A stretch of 64,000 nucleotides of DNA. It comes from Ministeria vibrans ATCC 50519 (taxonomy: Eukaryota > Protista > Filasterea). Both the position numbers and the translations under genes were made by a program. The DNA is taken from positions 1-64,000 of the forward strand of contig CALSCP010000364.1 in NCBI GenBank assembly GCA_943704425.1. Direction: 5' to 3'. A model generated the notes under the pieces. The model saw only the letters and a program-made list of their open reading frames with translations. It ran no database searches and was not told the origin of the DNA. Within the stretch, counting starts at the first letter, position 1, and each line of letters opens with the position of its first letter. Of this stretch, positions 51,742 through 64,000 are shown in pieces.

Positions 51742-54636
51742 CTACATGTGAAGCTTCCGTCGAGCTCGGGGAGGCGAGCCGGCTCGCTGGACGGGCGGAT
51801 CGATGGAGCGCACTGGACTCGAGTCGGAGTGGGCGAGACGGCGAGGACTACGACGCGTCGGCGAGGGAGACAGGCCGTGGCGCATGGTGTGAGCGAGTGC
51901 GGCACGTTGCATCTCCGGTGACTCGAGAACCCTTCTCACTGCAGTGGGAGCGGCGGCCGTGGATGACGAGCCTGCTGCCCCCATGGTGGCGGCGTCGAGG
52001 GGACGGCGAGGGCTGCGACGCAGCCGTTTCGCAACGGGCGTCTCCATCACAATCACCTTCTTCTTGGCCTTCTGCTTCACTTTGGCAGTCGAGGATACTG
52101 TTGCCGATGGCGTTGCAGCAGGTTTTCGCACCTTGGCTGCGGGGACGTGCCAGTCACCGGCCACACCCACCGATGCACTCGTCTTGGATTTGTGGGCACG
52201 GGCAGCCGCAGTCGAACCCATAGCGCCACTGACCTCCCAGCGAAGACTGGTCGAGCCACGGCGAGCGAGCTTGGACACAATGGCGGGCGGAGGGGCGGGC
52301 GCAGCACACTCCGCAGACTCAGTCGCCTTGTGCTTTGTCGTCTTCAACTTGGAATCGGATGCTCGCCTGGAGCGTCCAGCGGCCGACTTGAGTTCCTGTG
52401 CACGTTGTTGCTGACGCCGCAACAACAACGCAGACTGCGCCTGTTGCTGCATAAGCTCCCAACTGTTGCTCGCAAGAGCCGTGGTCGCTGCCGCAGCTGC
52501 AGCTGAGGGGTGAGTCTTCTTCTTCACGGGTGGTGACAGTGAGGCGAGTGCGTCTGAACCGGCACGGCGCTTGCGCTTGCGGGGCGACGTACGTCGGGGG
52601 CAATCCACATCGGCACGCTCAAAAAGCGCCAAGGTTGCGCGGGGAAGCACAGGGTGAAAGTGGGGCCAGAGAGTGTCGATAAGAAAGCGCTCAAAGGAGA
52701 ATGGCATTGGGGGGAGTGCAGATGTGTTGCCGATGTCTGCCGTCGAGAGATCCGCAGTCGGGATGGCGGTGGTGGTGGACGTGAGAGTGCTCGTCATCAT
52801 ACGTAGAATGTCAAGTTCTCCATACACGTCGCGCATGAGCCGCTCGGTTGCGTGAGGGTCGCCGACGTCGTCGTCGTCATGGTCATCGCTCGCATAGTCG
52901 TCAGCAAGGTCGCCCGTCGTGCGGCTGATCGCCAGAAGGCGCAATAGAGCCTGTGCGGCATGGTCGAGTTGCTTTGCTGCGGGCGGGAGAGTGCGGGTAG
53001 CGGTGCGAACGCGCAGTGGGCTAATGAGACGCGCAAGAGCAAGGCCTGGGTCGGTGTCGACACGCGCGAGTGTCTTGAGGACAACGTCGCTGAAGAAGAA
53101 ACGCACAGTGTCGTGCGGTCCGCTCGCGCTGGGGCCCGACGGAGATATAAGAATTGATTCGTACAACGCATGGATGTGTGCGTAGGCGTCTTCGGGCGAC
53201 AGGGGTGACTCGGGATGTGGGGTTGTCATCTGCACCGTCGCGTGAGTCGCCGTGTGTGTTGTGGCAATGGCTGTTGTATGATGTGTGATGGTGGTGTCTT
53301 GAAAAGCGGCAGTAGGATCGGCACGAAGTTGAGCGCGACATTGAAGAAGAATGGCTTGTGCGTTTGATGAGAGGGCAGGGCAACTGTCATGAGGATGGTC
53401 GATGGTCGCACGCACGCCGCCCGAGAGGGCGCATGTGGCGCTGCTTAGCGACATAGCGGTCGCTGCCGAACGGTCGTTTGATTCGTCAGTGTCCAGCCGG
53501 GCCGACGACGTAACAATAAACACAAGGTGAGCGGCAGTCGTCAGAGGAATGAGAATGGCGCGAAGACGGTCGTTGACGAGCACCGACATGGTCGTCACAG
53601 GGACGCACGTTGTCGCAGGAGAATCCTGTACGCAAAGCCATGCTTTGGTGTGCGTCGCTTGTAGCGCATCGAGAGCGCACTGAATCGCACCGGCAGCGTT
53701 GGCACAGCGCGATACAAGCTGGAGGCGCGATAGAACGGGCGTGCGCGTTGTAGTGGCAGCGAGAACAGCGAGTGTGATGGGCGTGATGGCGATTGAGGAG
53801 CGCGCCGCGACGGTTGCCGTGACCGTCTTGTGAGGAGCTACCACCTGCTGTAAGGGTACATTGCCACGACGACGGTGTGCGTGAGACGCCGACCGAGCAT
53901 GTCCGGGCGGACACAAATGGTGTCTGGAAAAGAAAAAAGCCCCATAGAGAGCCTCCAGTGGGAGGGCGCTTGCAGATGCGACAAGCGCCTCCAGACGCAC
54001 AACAGCGCCATCGAATGCGGCAACAATGTCGCTGGCTAGGGGACACGCACGGCGGCCCGAAGTGTCTACAACAAACCACGACACGCCGAGTCGCTCGTAC
54101 TGGAGTGCGAGGCCGTTGTGCGCGAGAAACAGGCGGTCAAGTCGAGCGCGCGCCTCGTCCTCGCCCAGTGTCGCCTTGTCGCTCACAAACGCCGAAAGAG
54201 TCGCCAGCGAATAAGGCCAGGCATCCGTGAAGAGTACAACAGCTCGCTGGCGCGGCCCCTGGAGAGGAGAGCCCAGGGATTTGGATTCGCAGGCGAGTGT
54301 TTGTTTGAGGAGTCGCGAGAGGCCGTCGGCGCGCGGTTCGACCGCCGCACTGGACGACGCCGAGACGGGATGCGACAAGGTTCGCTCGAGAGTCTCCCGG
54401 ACTCGTTCGCCGTCGCCACACGGGTGCGCGTCGGCCCCCACCTGGTAGACTGGCGTGGTGAGCGGGACGGTGTCGGAGACGCGCAGGGCGTCAACGGAGC
54501 GCACAGAAAAGGCGGGAGATGACGACGCCGGTGCGATGCGCAGCTGCCAGTAGGCCACGAGGTTGACGGCAACAGGCACAATGGTGGCTACTGGCGGCAC
54601 TTGGCCTGACGGAGTGTCCACCAGAAAGTGGATCAT
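51742..54636 (-). CDS. Treslin/TICRR/Sld3-like replication initiation factor (intronless)
   Basis: vWA-like start (IHFLVDT, AVVLFTDAWP); Sld3-domain-like QALLRLL and FERFLIDTL.P.F..VLPR; paired CDK motifs VMETPVAK and VLESPE. Confidence 0.65.
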   Translation of the reverse strand: MIHFLVDTPSGQVPPVATIVPVAVNLVAYWQLRIAPASSSPAFSVRSVDALRVSDTVPLTTPVYQVGADAHPCGDGERVRETLERTLSHPVSASSSAAVEPRADGLSRLLKQTLACESKSLGSPLQGPRQRAVVLFTDAWPYSLATLSAFVSDKATLGEDEARARLDRLFLAHNGLALQYERLGVSWFVVDTSGRRACPLASDIVAAFDGAVVRLEALVASASALPLEALYGAFFFSRHHLCPPGHARSASHAHRRRGNVPLQQVVAPHKTVTATVAARSSIAITPITLAVLAATTTRTPVLSRLQLVSRCANAAGAIQCALDALQATHTKAWLCVQDSPATTCVPVTTMSVLVNDRLRAILIPLTTAAHLVFIVTSSARLDTDESNDRSAATAMSLSSATCALSGGVRATIDHPHDSCPALSSNAQAILLQCRAQLRADPTAAFQDTTITHHTTAIATTHTATHATVQMTTPHPESPLSPEDAYAHIHALYESILISPSGPSASGPHDTVRFFFSDVVLKTLARVDTDPGLALARLISPLRVRTATRTLPPAAKQLDHAAQALLRLLAISRTTGDLADDYASDDHDDDDVGDPHATERLMRDVYGELDILRMMTSTLTSTTTAIPTADLSTADIGNTSALPPMPFSFERFLIDTLWPHFHPVLPRATLALFERADVDCPRRTSPRKRKRRAGSDALASLSPPVKKKTHPSAAAAAATTALASNSWELMQQQAQSALLLRRQQQRAQELKSAAGRSRRASDSKLKTTKHKATESAECAAPAPPPAIVSKLARRGSTSLRWEVSGAMGSTAAARAHKSKTSASVGVAGDWHVPAAKVRKPAATPSATVSSTAKVKQKAKKKVIVMETPVAKRLRRSPRRPLDAATMGAAGSSSTAAAPTAVRRVLESPEMQRAALAHTMRHGLSPSPTRRSPRRLAHSDSSPVRSIDPPVQRAGSPPRARRKLHM

Positions 54637-54740
54637 GGCATTCTAAAATATTGTGGTTATTATAATAATATTTTTTTCAATTTTATTCATCTCGAGTTCT
54701 CGACATCTCGTTCAAACTCCATGATACGACGTCACCTAGC

Positions 54741-55557
54741 ATGAATCATCGTTTTCTTGGGCTTGCCATCCTCGTGTATGTTGTGTTCTGTCAACTCTAC
54801 GATCTGCATCGGTACCCTTTTCGCGTTGTCGTTGCTCCTTCCTCTCAACGCTGGCAACTGCGTAGCCATGGTCCGACGGCATACTACAGTTACTTCTGGG
54901 TATGCACTGTGTCGATGCTCACCGCTGCGATGGGCCTCCTGATGAATTCCGAGACGTTGTTTGGTTCGGGCAAAGACACACACGTCTCGTCGCTTAACTC
55001 TTTGTGCCACATAGTGTCTGGCACCATTCTTGCAATACCTGGGCATGTGTGCTACCAGATTGACACTCTACTGTACTTGGCGGTGGGTGAGTTTCCGCTG
55101 AAACTAGCAATGGATGTGGCTGTAGGTAGGAAGGAAGTCGGTCTGCGACGCACTATCCGCACCTTCTCATGTCGTTGTGGTGCTGTAGAGCCCTCGATGG
55201 TCGGCTGGTTTGTCACTCTTCACCACTTTTGGTTTCTTCCGGTGTGTTTCTACGTGATGCTCCGTGGCCGTATGCGCGTCACGAAGCAACACACTCTACT
55301 CGCCTGTGCCATGATCAGTGTCCTGCGTGCCCTCACCAAGTAAAGCACCCAAAGAGGCATCCTTCTTCTTCTCTGTCTCTTCACCTACTCACGCCACCGC
55401 GCCCCTCTTCCTGCCACACAGATTATATCTTCCATCCAAGATACGTGTGGGGCGTCGTGTGATGAGCATCAACATTAACATGGTCGGCGGCGTGAACGAA
55501 CTTGTAAACGTGCCTATTCTCGGTGCGTCTCTCTTCACTCCCATTTCGGTATGTCTA

Positions 55558-55632
<75 letters not shown>

Positions 55633-55919
55633 ATTATTAGTTGATTTCTTTTCTTTGTCGCCTTTGATTCTCTCTCCTTTGATTCTTTTTTTACTTCTGT
55701 ATCGTTTTGGTTTCTTTTCCCCTTCCTCTCTCGTGGGGATAGTATGGCAGAGTAAGGGTTGTTCGTTGTTCTTACGTAGTGCACTGATCTCTTTAGACGC
55801 TCAGTCCATTCACTTACCATATCGCATCCACCGGTGTCTACTGTGCCGTCGCCACCATTGCCTCTTTTCTTCTCAATGTTGCTCTCGCGCGACTGACTCC
55901 TCGACAGAAGAAGGTCTAG
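54741..55919 (+). CDS. Uncharacterised multi-pass membrane protein (multi-exon; 3' exon structure tentative)
   Basis: Several hydrophobic segments with conserved-looking motifs (FWVCTVSM, GHVCYQID, TLHHFWFLP, ININMV); last exon ends PRQKKV*. Confidence 0.6.
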
Positions 55920-56554
55920 TTGGACTATCGGGACTGGCTGCAAACCGCTGAATCTCCGTACGCACTCAAGGGCGCGGTCGGCACGTGGAACGCGTAGCGG
56001 GCGTGCCGCTGGATACTGGCTTTTTTGTGCCACGCGCCACTTCACCAAGAGCGAACATACGCATTGTGCGGCACATTTGCGTCACCGAGTGTCGTTGAAC
56101 TGCTCCTGGTGTGCGAAGGATGCGCTGGTGAAGGCGATTCCGACTCCCGCGTATACGCGTGTATGGGCTGGCGGTGCTTGAGCGCTCTTCCGTGACCTTG
56201 AGGTAGTGTCATCGGCGAGTAACGCTTCTATCGTGCTACTCCACGACGAAGCAGAGCGCGTGGCGAGCCACGACTGCACAATGTGCTTGCGGAAACACTT
56301 CTCCTTCTGGCTTCTGCAGTCTGATTAAGTGATCTTTCGAAGAAGGACATGATTATGTATAAGTGTAATAAATGTATAAGAGAGTAGACTGAGTAGTCAG
56401 TACTACTGACTACTTAGTAGGGAATTAGGGATAGAAAGTTAGATGGAATAGCATCATTTCGTCAAAAAGATGTTTCGTTATTAGTCCGTTGAGTGAGTTT
56501 GAGTCAAAATTGAAAATTCTCAAAAAAAAAATTCATTTCTATTTGCTCGTCCCC

Positions 56555-56889
56555 ATGAATTCCTTATTATTAGCGCGTCTACCATTGCGAGCAGTAGGAT
56601 GCGTGAGAGGCAGATCAATGGGTCTGAGCACTGCCGTTGCGCCAAGTAGTCGTGAAGCGAGCGAATCGCTTCCGTTTTGCGTCACTCGATCAAGCGGTGC
56701 GCTGCAGTCCCTCCCCTCCGCAAGACGCCAACGCATTCATTCCATTTCCTTGTAGTTGGCAATCTCCCTGTGTATCTGCGACGGACAGGCAACAAGAACG
56801 TGGCGGTAGGGCAGAGTGAACGTCGATTTCTTTGCCCTGTCTGTTCCTTCTCACTTTCTTCCTCTCACTGTCTCACTGTGTTCGGTGTT

Positions 56890-56954
<65 letters not shown>

Positions 56955-57236
56955 TGTGTGTGGTGTGTGTGTGCGTCTGTATGTGTGGTCTCCCTTCGTC
57001 GTTCTCTCTCTGGCTTTTTTCCGTCTTCTTCCCTCTGTCTGACTTCTCTCTGTCTCTTCTCTCTTCTTTAGCCGAAGACACAAGTGCGACTGGTGACGGG
57101 CGACATTGATGCATTTGTGGCGCAGTGGCAGGAGGCTGTGGGGGTCCGCAAAGTGACGGTGAACCTGGCGACGGTGGTTGGGAACGGAAACCATGTTGTG
57201 CAGACCAAGGAGTGGCTCGCATCCCTCGGCTTCTAG
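56555..57236 (+). CDS. MRPL49: Mitochondrial ribosomal protein mL49/Img2, 3 exons
   Basis: Presequence, then LPFCVTRSS|VGNLPVY...|KTQVRLVTGDI...GNHVVQTKEWLASLGF*. Confidence 0.85.
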
Positions 57237-57487
57237 CCGCGATCGCTGGTCCAAGGTGTCGAATGGCGTGTCTGTCAAGGCGACTCTACTCTATGACCTG
57301 TTTAAGTGTACTGTACAAACCCTCTTTTTTTGTTGAGAAGCACGACCGTGTGGGGGTGACGGACTGACAACACAACGATTGTACTGATGATTACTCAAGT
57401 CCTAAGTCCGGAGTCCTCTACTCCTCTTTAGTCTTTGCTTTGTAATTTGTAATTTGTCATATTTTTGTGACCGACCGTTCTCAGGGC

Positions 57488-60400
57488 ATGGCTGCACGTC
57501 TGCTGAAGGGGGTCAAGGGCCTGCGCGGGCGCGACTCCGACGCGTCTCGGCTGTCAAGCGCGTCCGAACCCGATGCTGCCGCAGCAGCGCCTGCGAACGA
57601 GCCTGCCAAGGTATCCGCCATGCGCGCGTCGGGCTGGCTGTTTCATCACGCCGCCCCGTTGCCCACTCTGCTCGTGTGTGGCGTCCCCGAGCCGCATTTG
57701 CGATGTTTGCTGACAAATTCGACAACGTCTTTCTTGCGCTGCCTCACCCGCCCACCCGCCCATTCCCTCCATGGCCCGCTTGNNNNNNNNNNCCCCCCTC
57801 CTTCCTGCGTGCCCTTCTGGGCTCGGAGTCAAGCGAGAGAGGAGTACTTTTGGACAGTCCTTTTTTTTCTTCTTTTTTTCTTTCTTTTTCTTGTTGAGCT
57901 CTTTGTTGACAATCTATTTTCATTGGGGTTGTGTTTTGCGCGCGATACTGACGCTGTGGTTCCCATTGCTACGCAGGTTCAGCGGAAGCGGCGCGAGGAG
58001 ACCGACGAAGAGATTATTTCGACGATCGATAAGCGATATTACACACTTGAGTTTGACGGCAAGGAGTATGTGCTGGAGCATCTTGGAGGGGCCGACGTGC
58101 CGGTAGGGCGCCTTGGAGAAGAATTCGCCTCTCGCGACGCATTGACTCGTGCTCACCTCGCGTTGTCTTTGTAGAGAGACGACCTCGCCGAGCAACGCGA
58201 TCGCCTGCTGCGCGCAGTGTCGTTCAACGATTCGCGACTGAGCACACTTGTCATGGACAATCACAAATCGTTTGTGCAAGAGGTAGCTCATTGACAATGG
58301 CAACCATGGCTGCGTTTGATGTTTCTCTGTGATTCTCCTTCTCTCTCTCTCTTCTTCTTCATCTTCCCTATATTCATCTTCTCTTCTTCTTCATCTTCTC
58401 TTTTGTCAGTTGCAACGAGTTGTCGAGGTGCAAAAGGAGCTGCAGCGAGCAGCAGTTATTTGCAAGAACGAGCGCCGTTTGCTGAGTTCGGCTGCCGAAG
58501 GAATCAACACGGGTGCTTTGTCGGTAAGTTATTGCAAGAAGGCGGACACCCCCTAGCTGATGTGGTATCTGACCTCACTTCTTTGCCTTTGCGTCGGTCA
58601 TTTTCAGATTATGGCGTTGCACCGCCGACGGCAGAATCTTGTGCGACTGAACGAAGTGTGTGCGGGGATCCAGGAAATTGTGACCAAGTACAAGGAACTG
58701 CGCAATGCCATTGCGGCGACAGACTATCCCACGGCCATTGCGTTATGTGCGCAGTGCCAGGCGGGCGTCGTACGCTACCGTCGCTTCAACTGCGTTTCGA
58801 CCATGCGCTACAAGATTGACGATGCCTACAAAGTCATTGAGGTATTGCAATTGGCCAGTTGACGAGCTGCATCACGACCAATGTCTCACTGTCTTTTTTA
58901 TTTTCATTTTTTTTGTACCTCTTTATTCTGTAGGAGTGCCTTGAGGAGGAGAGCAAGCAAATGTGCCTGCAATTTGATATTCGGCGTTACCAGCGGGTTT
59001 TGTCCGCCTATAAGATGCTCAACAAGTCGCAGCGGGCCATCGACCAGCTGCATCTGACCTTCTCGTCGACTCTCTCCAGTGTCTGCTTTGATCTTGTCTT
59101 CAAGTTTGTCAAGTTGTCAACCAAGCGGGGCAAGCAGCGCTCGTCGACGCTGGAGCAAATGCGCGAGAGCCAGTCGTATCGCGAGCTGTGTGGTCTAGTG
59201 GACACAACGACGCAGTTTATGCCGGCTCTGCTGGAGGTGTGTGGGTCGCTCTGTGACGTCATGCACAGTCACTACCAGCTCAACGAGTGGCACCGTCGCA
59301 GCCAGGAGGAGGAGGAGCAGGAATCGGACTTTATCGACGATGCCGACGATGAGCCCTCCGTGACCGCTGTCGACCGCGACACACGCACGGCACTCGCCCA
59401 AAAACGTCGCGCCGACATCACCGCTAAGCTCGCCAAGGGACGACGCGCCATTTGGGACGAGTCACAGAAACTCCTCGGCACCTTTGTGTCGTCGCAGCGA
59501 CACATGTCGTCGCTAAAGTTTGACGATTTCTTGCGTCTACTCGACATTTTGCAGCTGTTTGTCAATGTGGGCGAACGCTACGCCGGCAAAGGATCATCGG
59601 AGATATTGCAGAAGATGATCCGTCTCAAGAGCGTCGATTACTTCCGGGCCTTCCACCGTGGCCACATGGAAGACTTGCGTGCCATGCTTGAAAACGAGGC
59701 GTGGCAACGGTGCCCTCTTTCCGCCTCCTTTACCATTTATCACCTCAAGGAGTTTCACTTTATGCGCACCGGCCGTGCATCGTCGTCGGCAGCCTCGAGT
59801 GCCGCTGCGGCCGCCAGTGGAAGTGTCGCGACGGCGGGTGCATTTTCTGCCACGGCACTGAGCAACGTGGCGCGCTTTTTTGACCAATACGATCAGTTTG
59901 GCGAAGGGGGCGGCGCGGCCTGCTTTAGCAACCTGTGCAACCGATCGCTTGCGCGCGCAGGCGAGGCCAAAGATATCAATTTGGTGGACGAGGGGGAAGG
60001 GGACGGGGCGGTTGGCGGAGGGGGCGCTGCCAAGAGAGGTGGCGATGGCGACAACAACAACGACGACAACGACGATGATGACGATGACGATGATGTCGAC
60101 GAGGAGCTCAAGGGCGACTTTGTCAATGAGAACACGGGCGATGATTCCGCAACAGGATTGGACCGGCGCTCGGCAACGACGTCGTCTGTGTCGTCACAGA
60201 AACGTCGGCGCCACTCCATGGCACTTTCCGCGGACGGCACCGACTCAGAAGGAGTGCACGGCTCGATTTTGGCGACGACCACGCTCAACTATGCGCGTCT
60301 CATTGGGCGCTACATTGAAATTATGCAGCGCCTCGAGCCAATTGCGTTTGACGTACTTGTCGGCATGTCGCAGATTTTCGAGTACTACCTGTATGCGGTG

Positions 60401-62132
60401 TACTCGTTCTTTGGGCTTGACGAGGCCGGCTCGGCCATGGCTGGCGGTGGCGGAACCTCTGGTGGAGGAGGTGCGAGTGCAGCCGCACACAACCTCATGG
60501 CACACGGCTCCAACGCACTCGGCATTTCGCTCAACTCGCAGCAGCAGCACATGCCTGATCTGCTCAGTGCAATGCCTCCCCGTCTCCGCTCCACTCTCAA
60601 CCGACTGCGCGCAACCATGATGGAGCGTCGTTCTGCCGATAACCCCACGACCACTCTTGGTACGTGAATGAGCGAGTACTTTGTGCGTACAGTGTGAGAA
60701 ATATAGGGGGGAGAAAGAACATACTGATAGAGAGAGAGGAGGGAGGGAGAAAGAACACAGAAAAAACAAAGTGATAGAGAGAGAGAGAGAGAGAGAGAAA
60801 GAAAGATAGAGAGTGTGTATGTGTGTGATAGGGTGAGAGAGGTGAGTGCACGTTTCATTTTTCATACTTTTTTTTGGCAGGTGGCACGACGGCGGGAAGC
60901 AACGAGCTCATTGGGTTTGCGCCGCCACGTCTCTCATCGATGGTCCGCCTCAACTCGCCTGACACTGTCTATGCACTGAGTGAGCGCATCACAGCCACCG
61001 AGTCGCTCGTGTTTCTGTACGATGTGCTCACGTCGCTCAAGGTCTTGCAAGCATTGGATGTTTGAGTCTCTTTTTTATTAATGCCGTGTTTTGTTTTCTT
61101 CTTTTTTTTTCTTTTTTTTTTGTGGTTGTGCATGTAGGGAAAGCTGCAGGCGATGGTACCGCAGCACTCTGTGGCGTATCTGTCGCAATTTTACTCACAA
61201 GAGGTTGACATTGTGCCTGACTTGCGTGTTCACATTTACAAAGTGATGGCCTCCAAGGTCACCAGCCTGGACAAGGTAGGTGGTGTATTCGAGTGCGACT
61301 ATTGCAAGTCCGTGTTGTGTGTGACACTTGCTTGTGCTTGCATGCAGGTGTTGTCCCTGATGAATCAGGTCCGGTGGGACGTGAAAGAGATTCGGTCCGA
61401 GCACAACAGCTATGTGAATTTGCTTGTGAGTGAACTTGAGACCTTTTCCCGCCGACTTTCCGACATGTAAGTTGACATTAATAATAATGATTGATTGTAT
61501 TATTGTTTTTTTATTTGTTCATTTTTGCTATTATTATTATTATTATTATTATATTATTATTATTATTATTATTATTGTTGTTGTTGTTGTTATTATTATT
61601 ATTGTTATTATTTTCATTATTATTATTATTATTATTGTTATTATTATTATTATTGTTGTTATTGTTATTATTTTGTTATTATTATGTTTTTATTGTTATT
61701 ATTATTATTTTAATATTGTTGTTGATTTTTTGCAGGGGTGGAGTTGCACCTGCGGCCGAGAATGAATTGTGGCGGCAGTCACTGGAGCGGATCATGGAGA
61801 CGCTGGTGGAAGGGTTTGCGAGCACAGGGCGCAAGTGCACGAACGAGGGACGTGCACTGATGATGATTGACTTTCGGCAGTTGCTGTCCAAGGTCGAGAA
61901 ACTGACGACGCTGCGGCCCATTCCGCGCATAGACTATGTGCAAAACTACGTCCAGGCGTACTACAGCGACGAGGGTGACCTGGAGCGCTTCATCCGCACC
62001 CATCGCGAGTACACGGCACGACAGCTCACCGCTCTCATTGAATGCGTTCCCGGAATTCCCCAGAAGCGTCAGACCCGTCAACGTCTCAAGAATCTCATTG
62101 AGGAGGTTGACAAGAAGCGCCTTAACTTGTAA
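57488..62132 (+). CDS. VPS50: Syndetin/VPS50 (EARP complex), about 10 exons
   Basis: FVQELQRV, LRAMLENEAWQRCP, YIEIMQRLEPIAF, ALSERITATESL, WDVKEIRSEHNSYV, KCTNEGRALMMIDF, YVQAYY, HREYT. Confidence 0.92.
61527..61710. repeat. (ATT/GTT)n intronic trinucleotide repeat
   Basis: Visible in the last VPS50 intron; similar runs at ~37061-37131 and ~63657-63796. Confidence 0.9.
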
Positions 62133-62567
62133 TTTCAATTTTGTGTGCAGGACTGCAATTTTTATTGTTCGTATTGAATCTTACGTAACTCTTCCCTTCC
62201 CCATTCTTGTAACGAAAGGGGTACTGGCCCTGAGATATTTCTTCTTGGGCTTATGTCGGCCGGTCGAATCTTATTTCTGACTACATAGTATAGCAGGCGG
62301 CGTGTTTCGGTCATAACAATAATTATTATTATATTTTATGATAGTGATATTTTCTAGTTAAACTTTCAGGTGACTTTCATTGATACAAGCCAACATGAAA
62401 CTCTCAGTCTTGATAACAACACTGCCTATCACTAGCAGTCTTGCTGACTGGGAAGACCCAAGACACCCATCCCTCTCACTCCACAATCCGCACTCGGGTT
62501 GTTCAGCACGAGTTCTACAAGTTACTTTTATGATAGTGATAGTGTGTAATTATAGTGACAAGGAGAG

Positions 62568-63675
62568 CTACGACTCTAACTCGGAAGCAAGCACGGTTTC
62601 GGCGTCTTCGTCATCGTTCGAAACGAAAACAGAAGGCTCGGCGGCACCGACAGTGGCGAAAGAATCTGCGCTTGCATCGTCTGCAAGTGACTCAACTGTG
62701 AGCTGCGAGTTGGTGAATGCAAGAGCGTCGGCGACGTTGACGGGCAGGCCTTCGCGCCAGGAGACGGAACGCGTCAGGGCAAAGTTGAGGTCGTGTGTGA
62801 AAGGATTGGGTTGGCCGCGTGGTTGGCGGGTGGGAGCACAGGCTGGCGTGCCGGAAGAAGAGTCACCATTGGCGGCGGCAGCAGTCAGTTTCATTGGACG
62901 ACGCACGACCTCGAGATGTCGTGCAAAACGCGGACGATTGCCCAACGACACTTCGACGTAGGCAACGCTGGTGTTACTGCGCGGCTCAGTTGCAGTCTTG
63001 AAATCCTTTTTGGCGAAGGTAGCCGTCACGGATTCGGCAGTACCGTCGTTGGCGGGACGTGACACGACACCCGTGCTGGTTTTCTCATCGTACGACACCA
63101 GCAAGCCATTGGGAATCGCGATCTCGCGTGACACAATGGCAACGTCGACGGCCGAGGGCGTGTTGTCTTGGCGATTCGTTGCCACCCGAAACGTCACGTC
63201 CTCGTTGAGTTGGAGAGTCGGTTGCGCTGCCGTCACGCGTGCCACATGGTACGCAATAGTCCTCTCACAAGTCGACTCCTTCTCCTCCTTCTCCCCCTCC
63301 TCCGCAGTCGAGTACGTAATGGTACCCACTCCGTCGCCTTCGGTCGCGAGTTTCGTCACACGTCCGTTCCATACGGTGTCAGGAGTGTCCTACGACGGGA
63401 AATGATCATGAATCATGATGACTATAAATAATTATTATGTTTTTCATACTTCGATGACGTGCAACGGAGTGCTTGAAGGCGCCCAGCGTTGGATAAACGT
63501 GGAGGAAAACTCGACGACAACAAGAGCGCTTTTGGCGGGCTTGGCGTGCCGAGAGCGCGACAATTTGACGTCTTTGAAGATAATTGCGGGGTCTGTGAGT
63601 GATTGGAAGGCATACGTGCGGTCCCCAGTCGCAAAAATGACACCCTAAATGAGCATAATGATGATGATGATGATG

Positions 63676-63744
<69 letters not shown>

Positions 63745-63764
63745 GTAATAATACTACTACTAAC

Positions 63765-63799
<35 letters not shown>

Positions 63800-64000
63800 C
63801 TTACGTAGTGCTGATTGTTGAATTGGATGCGTCGCAACGACTTGATGGAGGTGTCTTTGGTGCGGCAATTGTAAACGACCTCGCACGAAACAATATCGCC
63901 CCCTTCGGGTCCCCACGCGGGCACTTTCCATTCGGACTGGAGTTCGACAGGTCTCATTTGTGAACGGTCCACACGTATTGTTTCGTTGCCAACGACACTG
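62568..64000 (-). CDS. Multi cold-shock/OB-fold protein, CSDE1/UNR-like (3' part; continues beyond the window)
   Basis: Repeated OB-like segments GDIVSCEVVYNCRTKD and LQLNEDVTFRVATNRQDNTPSAVDV; canonical introns. Confidence 0.5.

Overview
This is compact, gene-dense eukaryotic nuclear DNA with short GT-AG introns, many filled with microsatellites, and very short intergenic spacers. The gene set (CFAP36, COMMD2, VPS50, Treslin-like, CSDE1-like, class II DAHP synthase) suggests a flagellum-bearing unicellular protist, possibly a holozoan; that is inference. About 25 genes can be reconstructed by eye: PARL-like rhomboid, RPL11, a stand-alone Spt7-type bromodomain, RPA1, GET1, F-box/LRR/TRAF-Zn, CFAP36, COMMD2, a RING-TM E3, PSF2, a family-6-like DNA glycosylase, a DH-PH RhoGEF, DAHP synthase II, DJ-1, SNF2/BRM (3' half only), a DEAD-box helicase, a C2-C1-DUF1765-like protein, SUMO, NFS1, caspase-NB-ARC, SERINC, a carnitine acyltransferase, Treslin-like, a membrane protein, MRPL49, VPS50 and CSDE1-like. 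Four observations stand out. (1) SERINC is split into two phase-compatible halves 17.3 kb apart. The intervening block starts with a SNF2 gene lacking its 5' half and ends in an NLR-like gene cut by a gap. Misassembly at a poly-T run is the leading explanation; nesting or trans-splicing is the alternative. (2) An intronless bacterial-type caspase is fused to an NB-ARC ATPase. (3) A CROT-like acyltransferase has both a presequence-like exon and a PTS1, plus altered carnitine-binding motifs. (4) A Treslin/Sld3-like gene keeps a paired CDK-site motif. All family assignments come from recalled motifs; no database search was run.
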